The notes under the pieces were generated by a model that was given only the letters and a program-made list of their open reading frames with translations, had not been told where the DNA came from and ran no database searches. From Eledone cirrhosa (taxonomy: Eukaryota), in NCBI GenBank assembly GCA_964016885.1, contig OZ024741.1, positions 282,038,001 to 282,102,000 on the forward strand: a stretch of 64,000 nucleotides of DNA, written 5' to 3'. This document shows, piece after piece, positions 52,218 through 64,000 of this stretch; the first letter of the stretch is position 1; the number at the start of each line of letters is the position of its first letter. The position numbers were made by a program, and so were the translations under genes.

Positions 52218-52508
52218 ATCATCATGATCATCATCATCACCGTTTTACGTCCGTTCTTCCACGCTAGCATGGGTTAGACGGGTTGTCCTGTTGTGGGCAG
52301 TGTCTGGTCGGCTGACCATGCCTTGCTCATACAGGAACTGATCTGGCTTGATTTCTACAGCTGGATGCCCTTCCTAACACCAACCTCATTTACAGTGAGT
52401 GCTGGGTGCTTTTTCGTGGCGCCTACACGTCCACTTTACAGTGTGGGCTGGGTGCTTTTTTGCCGTGGCACCTCCACGACCACCTATGTATATATATATA
52501 TACATATA

Positions 52509-52558
<50 letters not shown>

Positions 52559-52626
52559 TATATGTATATATATATATATGTATATATGTATATATATATG
52601 TATATATATATATACATATATATATG

Positions 52627-52660
<34 letters not shown>

Positions 52661-53095
52661 TATATAACGAAGGAAATGTGGTAAGGAACCAGGTGGACCA
52701 TAACGCACCAAAGTACTCAATACTTGAGGTAGTAGAGTGGGTAATAGGAACCAGTAAGACCCCGACAGTTGAGCTCAAGCCGTTTCGACGGCTAATTCTG
52801 GAATTAGCCGTCGAAACGGCTTGAGCTCAGCTGTCGGGGTCTTACTGGTTCCTATATATATATATATATGTATATATGTATATATGTATATATATATATA
52901 TATATGAGTTTTGCGAGGTTTTTTATATGAAATCGTGTGTCGAAACAGATATTGTTATATTTGGGGAGGGTCATATTTGCGTAATATTGCCAGAATTAAT
53001 AACAGAACACACTCACTGTTTGGTTGGTTTTCGCTTCTCGCTGTCTTTTATATATATATATCTGCGATCTAACTTACTCGGTCCTCAATATTGCC
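52218..53095. repeat. Composite block (RTE-B tail + TA + hairpin pLTR + TA + PLE-2 pLTR end), copy 1
   Basis: Whole block including junctions recurs inverted at 56524-57398. Confidence 0.85.
52744..52854. repeat. ~110 bp near-perfect palindrome built from the 3' half of a hammerhead (family 5)
   Basis: ATAGGAACCAG...GACGGCTAATTC TG GAATTAGCCGTC-GAAA-CGGC TTGAGCTCA GCTG-TC-GGGG...CTGGTTCCTAT; second copy at about 56759-56870. Confidence 0.85.
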
Positions 53096-53249
53096 ATTGA
53101 CTGACCGGCGGTCAAAAATAATACAGATACAATATAGACACAAACACATATATATAGTTTACATAATTTACATAACTCTTTCGTTGCACATCTGCAACAT
53201 CGTCAGTGGTGTTATATTCATTGTTCCTCCTGTTGTGTTGTATGTCTAC

Positions 53250-53285
<36 letters not shown>

Positions 53286-53616
53286 TTCAGTCTCAGACTG
53301 AACAAAAAAAATGGCGTAGACATACAACACAACAGGAGGAACAATGAATATAACACTACTGACGATGTTGCAGATGTGCAACGAAAGATTTATGTAAATT
53401 ATGTAAACTATATATATGTGTTTGTGTCTATATTGTATCTGTATTATTTTTGACCGCCGGTCAGTCAATGGCAACATTGAGGACCGAGTAAGTTAGATCG
53501 CAGATATATATATATAAAGGACAGCGAGAAGCGAAAACCAACCAAACAGTGAGTGTGTTCTGTTATTAATTCTGGCAATATTACGCAAATATGACCCTCC
53601 CCAAATATAACAATAT
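52948..53616. mobile_element. Head-to-head palindrome of the PLE-2 pLTR (~330 bp arms)
   Basis: Both arms match 44638-44955; apex TTGTTCAGTCT-C-AGACTGAACAA at 53294. Confidence 0.88.
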
Positions 53617-53669
53617 ATATATATGTATATATATATATTACTATATGTATATATATATATTACTATATG

Positions 53670-53701
<32 letters not shown>

Positions 53702-53760
53702 TATATATGTATATATATATATATGTATATATATGTATATGTATATATGTATATATATAT

Positions 53761-55389
53761 ATCATCATCACCGTTTTACGTCCGTTCTTCCACGCTAGCA
53801 TGGGTTAGACGGGTTGTCCTGTTGTGGGCAGTGTCTGGTCGGCTGACCATGCCTTGCTCATACAGGAACTGATCTGGCTTGATTTCTACAGCTGGATGCC
53901 CTTCCTAACACCAACCTCATTTACAGTGAGTGCTGGGTGCTTTTTCGTGGCGCCTACACGTCCACTTTACAGTGTGGGCTGGGTGCTTTTTTGCCGTGGC
54001 ACCTCCACGACCACCTTGCGGTGGGGGGGTGTGGGGGCATATTGTTTATATGCTTCAGCTTGTACCCATGGGGGGCCGGGTACTCTGTATTACTGCATGA
54101 CGCCAGAAGTCACGGTCGTGTCATTGTCTTTGAGAGGTGTAATTGGGTAAGGTCGGCTTTTATCACCTCATCCCAGGTCATCTTGGGTCTTCCCACTCCG
54201 CGGTTTCCATCAACTTCTAGTGCTCTGCACCTTTTTATGCAGCTGACATCCTTCATACGCATCACATGTCCATACCAGCGCAACCGCCTCTCCTGCACAC
54301 AGCATTTGATTCCTCTTATGCTCAGTCTCTCTCTCAATTCATTTATGCTTTGTCGTTCACGTATATTACTGTTACACATCCATCGGAGCATGCAGGCTTC
54401 GTTTCTCTCTAATCTATGTAAGTCTTCCACCTTCAGCGCCCAGGTCTCACTACCATGCAACATCGCTGTTCGGATACACGCATCATACAGTCTGCCTTTC
54501 ATTCTGAGGGAGAAGCCTTTTGCAGCTAGCAGTGGTAGTAGTTCCCTAAACTTCTTCCATCCCGTTCTTACCCTAGTTATTGTACTTTCTGAGCACCCAC
54601 CTCCGTTGCTAATTCGGTCACCTAGGTAGCAGAAGCTGTCTACTGTTTCTACAGAGCCCTCCCAGAGATTGGTGGTACTTGTTTCCTGTGGCTGTTTGCT
54701 GCTTGCTGTTTCAGCACAGCTGCCGCATGTGAATCCTACATTCTTAATTAAGCTTCCTGAGATCCCGCTACATCTCTTGTGTACCCATTGTTTACATTTG
54801 GGGCAGAGAATGGAGTTCCTACCTACACCTTTCCTACATACTGAGCAAGGCCATTTCCCTGAGGAGATCTGGGTTCTGTTTTCTCGACTACTTACAAGGA
54901 CCTTAGTCTTTGTCATGTTGACTTTGAGACCCTTTCTTTCTAGTCCCTGCTTCCAGGTTTGGAATTTATTCTCTAGTTCTACCATAGATTCAGCTATGAG
55001 TGCGAGGTCATCAGCATACAGGAGTTCCCATGGGCATCCAGTCTTAAACTCCTCCGTTATTGCCTGCAGGACTATGATGAACAGGAGAGGGCTAAGAACA
55101 GAGCCCTGGTGGACCCCAACCTGTACGCTAAATTCCTCGCTATACTCATTGCTAATCCTAACTTTGCTGACTGCTCCCCTATACATGGCTTGTACAGCTT
55201 TCACAAGCCATTCATCTACTCCTACTTTTCTAAGAGCCCACCAGATTACAACACGTGGAACTCTGTCAAAGGCTTTCTCAAGGTCGACAAATGCCAAGTA
55301 GAGTGGCTTACTTTTAGCTAGATACTTTTCCTGTAATTGCCTCACAAGGAAGAGGGCATCAGTGGTGCCTCTTCCTGGTACAAACCCAA
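53761..55389 (-). mobile_element. RTE family B, 5'-truncated
   Basis: [11 protein letters not shown] through YADD, PHD finger and GRPKMTW; (GAT)n tail; truncated into (TA)n. Confidence 0.93.
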
Positions 55390-56523
<1,134 letters not shown>

Positions 56524-57398
56524 GCAATATTGAGGACCGAGTAAGTTAGATCGCAGATATATATATATAAAGACAGCGAGAAGCGAAAACCAACCAAACA
56601 GTGAGTGTGTTCTGTTATTAATTCTGGCAATATTACGCAAATATGACCCTCCCCAAATATACAATATCTGTTTCGACACACGATTTCATATAAAAAACCT
56701 CGCAAAACTCATATATATATATATATATACATATATACATATATACATATATATATATATAGGAACCAGTAAGACCCCGACAGCTGAGCTCAAGCCGTTT
56801 CGACGGCTAATTCCAGAATTAGCCGTCGAAACGGCTTGAGCTCAGCTGTCGGGGTCTTACTGGTTCCTATTACCCACTCTACTACCTCAAGTATTGAGTA
56901 CTTTGGTGCGTTATGGTCCACCTGGTTCCTTACCACATTTCCTTCGTTATATATATATATATATTATATATATACATATATATATATATACATATATATA
57001 TGTATATATATATATACATATATATATACATATATACATATATATATATATACATATATATATGTATATATATATATATATATATAGATATATATATATA
57101 TACATATATATATGTATATATATATATACATAGGTGGTCGTGGAGGTGCCACGGCAAAAAAGCACCCAGCCCACACTGTAAAGTGGACGTGTAGGCGCCA
57201 CGAAAAAGCACCCAGCACTCACTGTAAATGAGGTTGGTGTTAGGAAGGGCATCCAGCTGTAGAAATCAAGCCAGATCAGTTCCTGTATGAGCAAGGCATG
57301 GTCAGCCGACCAGACACTGCCACAACAGGACAACCCGTCTAACCCATGCTAGCGTGGAAGAACGGACGTAAAACGGTGATGATGATGATCATGATGAT
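56524..57398. repeat. Composite block, inverted copy 2
   Basis: Reverse complement of 52218-53095 with a few substitutions and indels. Confidence 0.85.
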
Positions 57399-60020
<2,622 letters not shown>

Positions 60021-60167
60021 AGGAAGACGAAGGTTAACATATGTTGATGCCCTAAGGACAGACACTGGTCTGTTGGAGATGCAGGATATGGCAAGCGATA
60101 ATGAGGGACAGAGACCGCTGGAGAGAACTCGTCCATGGATCTCGGGAATTTTACCCGCCTTAGATAG
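60021..60167 (+). mobile_element. 3' terminal fragment of another RTE-like LINE
   Basis: [16 protein letters not shown], then [11 protein letters not shown] across a frameshift; (TA)n on both sides. Confidence 0.6.
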
Positions 60168-60216
<49 letters not shown>

Positions 60217-60674
60217 TATGTATGTGTGTGTGTGTGTGTGTTTGCTAATTTGTAGAACTAATTCTCTTTGTACACACACACACACATATATATATATATA
60301 CATCTTTATTTAATACTTTTATTAGTGAAATGTATTATATTCGTAACGTTATTCTGAAAGAATTGTGAGCAATTTATAAAGTTATTTATGTATATTCCAC
60401 GAAGTAAATGATTAACAATTCCTACCACCACTTATTGTGTAAATGTAAAAATATTTCAATTACTCATTGTGAAGTTTAAATTTGAGAATAATCAATAAGG
60501 GTTCATTCAAGTGACAACTTAGGTAAATATAGCTTAAAATATTGTTAAATGTATCGACAGCAGATAGACTAAATAATTAAAACGGAATGAACTTATCAAA
60601 ATAGTTGAAAAATATTACTGAGTGAACGCCACCGAAATATTTGACAATGAAAGTATAATCGGTAAAACGGGAGC

Positions 60675-61025
60675 ATTGGATTGGTAGTATCGGTAGAGAG
60701 TCGGACGCCATGCTTTGACGCAAAGAGTTACTGCCCTTTCCATTCTCAGTTCAAATCCCGCCGAGGTTAAATTTACCTTTCATCCTTATGGGGCCGATAA
60801 AATGAAGTACCAGTAATGCACTGGGATAAATGTTGGCCTTGATTCAAAAGTAGAAACAATTATTATTATTGGTCCCTTACGCTCTGAGTTCGAATCCTGC
60901 AGAGGTTAGCTTTGCCTTCCATTCTAAGGGGTTGATAAAATAAAGTACCAGTAATGCACTGGATAGATTTAATCGACTATCCCCCAAAATTGTTCGTCTT
61001 GTGCCAAAATCAGAAACCATCATTT
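60675..61025 (+). mobile_element. Two adjacent tRNA-derived SINE copies
   Basis: Same family as 26444-27040; B boxes near 60748 and 60886. Confidence 0.8.
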
Positions 61026-61677
61026 GAAATGATAATAATTATTATTTCTTTAATTTCATCTTTCCATGTGCAGTATTATAATAAAAGTTTTCATTATCTC
61101 GATTACATCTCTTATATCCTTCCATATCAACGATTCGTGAACATTTACGGACTATTGTGCCCTATTTTTTCTTCGAGCCCCATTGTCATTTATTAAGCTA
61201 TTAAAGATTTGTAACTGTTCGTTGAAATATATATATAATTTGTATCTAAAAATTCAATATAGCATTGTAATATTTTCTGCTTAAATAGTAAAAAAGAACA
61301 ATTTTCAAGAAAATTACAACACAAACCACATTCCCGTCTTTTAGAAATCGAAGATCGTGTATCAATAGAATGAAATAATAATCATAAGCATTATTATTAT
61401 TATTTTTAATACAAATTTAAACCAACATAAATGAACGTTTTTGATATTTATTATAACAGCCATAATTATTTTCTCTCTTCCTTTAGTTTCTTTGTTGATT
61501 TAAAAACAATATCAGTTGACCATTATCAATATCAGGTGGACGACTAACACAAAACGAAGTAGTCAGCCAGGTCATATAAGACAACAAAACAAACATATAT
61601 GATATATTATAATGTCAATATATAAATATATTGTCACATTTTTTTTTTACTCTGCTACCACCTGCAACAACACTTAC

Positions 61678-61767
61678 CTTAAACGAGACTGGGACCAATA
61701 CATTTTCTATTGAAGTATCCCCTTCCTCAAACGGTTCTATTATTATTCCAGAATCGGCTGTAGCCAT
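61678..61767 (-). CDS. Probable first coding exon of an unidentified host gene (MATADSGIIIEPFEEGDTSIENVLVPVSFK)
   Basis: GCAATGG start context, 30 non-repetitive codons, consensus donor AAG|GTAAGT; no protein family recognised. Confidence 0.5.
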
Positions 61768-62376
61768 TGCTAGCTGGCGGGATGTTTGAATATAATCCAA
61801 TTTAACGCAGCTCAACTTTCAAACTGAAGTTATATCACACTCGCTAGTAATTGCCATTTTAGTTTCTAATATTAGTTTCTAATATCAACAAATAACATAG
61901 TAACGGTTTCTTCCTCGTCGTTTCTTTGCATTTTGTTCCCCACATGTCAACTTCTTGTCATATTCTACATTTGACAGTCCTATCAGTTAATTGTCCCGTT
62001 TATGTTACTTTTACTGGCTCCACTACTCTTTCGTGTGGACAGCAATTTGCTCTTTTAATTCCTGCTGGAAAACATTTCAATAATTTTTATGATTTGTTTA
62101 CAAAATCATAAATTTTCTTTCCTTTCCTTTACAAAAAAGAAAAAAAAAATGAATCAAATTAAAAAAAAAACGGGAAAATGTTTATATTCCCCAATGATAA
62201 AATTATATTTTTTATAAAGTTTCGACGCAGATATTCTGTTCCCTAACAAACACGCGCACACACACACGCGTGCACGAGAGAGAGAGAAAGAGAGTTGATA
62301 AATGAAACAAAACAAACACAGAGATACAAAAATACAAAGTCATATTAGGTTCACGCATGGAGGAAGTGGAAGAGGG

Positions 62377-62410
62377 TTCTACGTTTCGGACGGAAGTCCT
62401 TCATCAGGAA
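62377..62410 (-). ncRNA. Minimal type I hammerhead ribozyme (family 6) in a decayed PLE-like 3' end
   Basis: ttc-CTGATGA-a-GGAC ttcc GTCC-GAAA-CG-TA-gaa. Confidence 0.75.
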
Positions 62411-62634
62411 GTTCGGATAAGGAGAGAACAGATAGATACACGAAAGTAGTGTGTGAAAGTTAAGAAAGTAAGTGAGGAAAAAGGTGTTAGGAGGAGATTG
62501 ATACGTTGGAGGTAGTGGGTGAGAGGTATGGGGGTGGGGTCCAAAGTGGAGGGTTCAGGTATGGTATGTGTGCCGAAGGAATGAAATAGCTGGTAAGTGT
62601 GAGTTGCTTCAGTCTGTGTGTGTGAACACATAGG

Positions 62635-63015
62635 TGTCTTAGAGTCTACATTGACCACATTCCTTCGTCATCCTTGTGAATCTCAGTAATTTGGGACCAG
62701 TTCTCACTAGCTCTGCCCAGGTCCTTCTTGGTCTTCCTCTACTGCAGCTTCCATCCACTGGGATTTCCTGACACTTCTTCACTCTGCAATCAATATTCAC
62801 GTGCATTACACCACTTTGGATTCCTCTTAAACCCAGTTTCTTCCTCGGTTCATCCAAGCTCTGCCTTTCTCTCACACTTACATTGCACATCCAGCGAAGC
62901 ATGGTTGCTTCCTTTCTCTCCAGTCTATTCATGTCCTCTGCAGCCACTGCCCATGTTTCACTACCATGCAAAATCACACTTCGCACACATGCATCATACA
63001 GTTGTCCTTTTGTTA
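62635..63015 (-). mobile_element. Old RTE 3' fragment
   Basis: KGQLYDACVRSVILHGSETW..MLRWMC..GRPRRTW. Confidence 0.8.
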
Positions 63016-64000
63016 TCAATATATTATTTAAAAAAAGAAATGTTATAAATATCAGTTTACTAATGAAAAACTTATTTATTTTATTACATCTCTAAATTTT
63101 TGGTTATTTTCAAAATTAATTGAAACAAAGAGACAGTGTATTTCATAAGAAATATTGTCATAAAAGAATTAAAGTTAGTGGAGGTGTGGAAGTTAGCACA
63201 TCCAAGAGTTTTGAAAGACGTAATACACCAGTTACCAGTGCATTCGTGTATTTGTTCTGGCTCTTTATGTTCTGTAGGTCAGTTTTGCCATTTATCCTTC
63301 TAAAGTCAATAAAATAAAGTGTTAGTCAAGTATTGGGGTCAATATAATCAACTTTCTTTTCCTCTGAATTGTTAGCTGTGTACCGAAATGAGAAACCGTT
63401 ATTATCATTCCAGGAAACTGCAGATTTTTAATGAATGGATTTTCTCATATTTCATTCCTGCATAAACACCAAGAAGATTTGTTCAAACTTTTGTTAAGGA
63501 AGTAAAGGTGTTACTCCTTTTGGAAATGTATCTGCTCACCCAGGTAGTCACCAGCTGTCAGTAATGACAGTAAAATAAAGTACATGTTCTTACCATACAA
63601 TGGATCAATGTATAAGTGTAGCTTGTTAGAGATTTTACCAATAAAAACATATTTGGACAAAATTCTTGTGACGGTGGAAGACGATGATCTTATGGAACAA
63701 AGAACTACTCAGTAACATCATGAACTCCATTATTCTGTGTAGCAACTTGATGGAAGATACATAGGGACATCATGTTAGCCAATGTTTGCCCCCCACTAAA
63801 ATAACCAACAAAAAGCGAACTCTATACTATTATCATCATCATCGTTTTTACGACTGTTTTTCCACGCTTTCATGGGTTGAATGTGTCCATCTCAGCACAA
63901 TATCTCTCCACTCAATGCATTCCTTCGTCATCCCCTCTGTGATTCTCAGTGATTTGAGATCAGCTCTCATCACCTCTGCCCAGGTCTACCCGTACTGCAG

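Overview
AT-rich animal genomic DNA. The repeat types (tRNA-headed SINEs, RTE LINEs with (GAT)n tails, huge (TA)n/(CA)n tracts) suggest a cephalopod such as Octopus; this is inference. Host-gene content is small: one single-exon LicD/fukutin-FKRP-family type II membrane protein (16742-17746, +), a probable first coding exon at 61678-61767 (-), and a GC-rich, highly foldable island near 25.6-25.8 kb. The first 29 kb holds decayed Tx1-like LINEs, an RLE-type LINE fragment, SINEs, MITEs and a pogo remnant. The 29-60 kb region is a dense nest of retroelements sitting in (TA)n microsatellite: two RTE families with a PHD finger inside the RT, two distinct Penelope-like elements (RT + GIY-YIG) and a CR1-like tail. 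The strongest hidden signal is a set of hammerhead ribozyme cores (CUGANGA...GAAA...UH) from about six unrelated families, most with a different palindromic stem III. Many sit in head-to-head fold-back palindromes, and one fold-back has its apex in a ribozyme stem II. The long Tyr/Ile ORFs are microsatellite artefacts. All alignments and folds were done by eye, so repeat boundaries are approximate.
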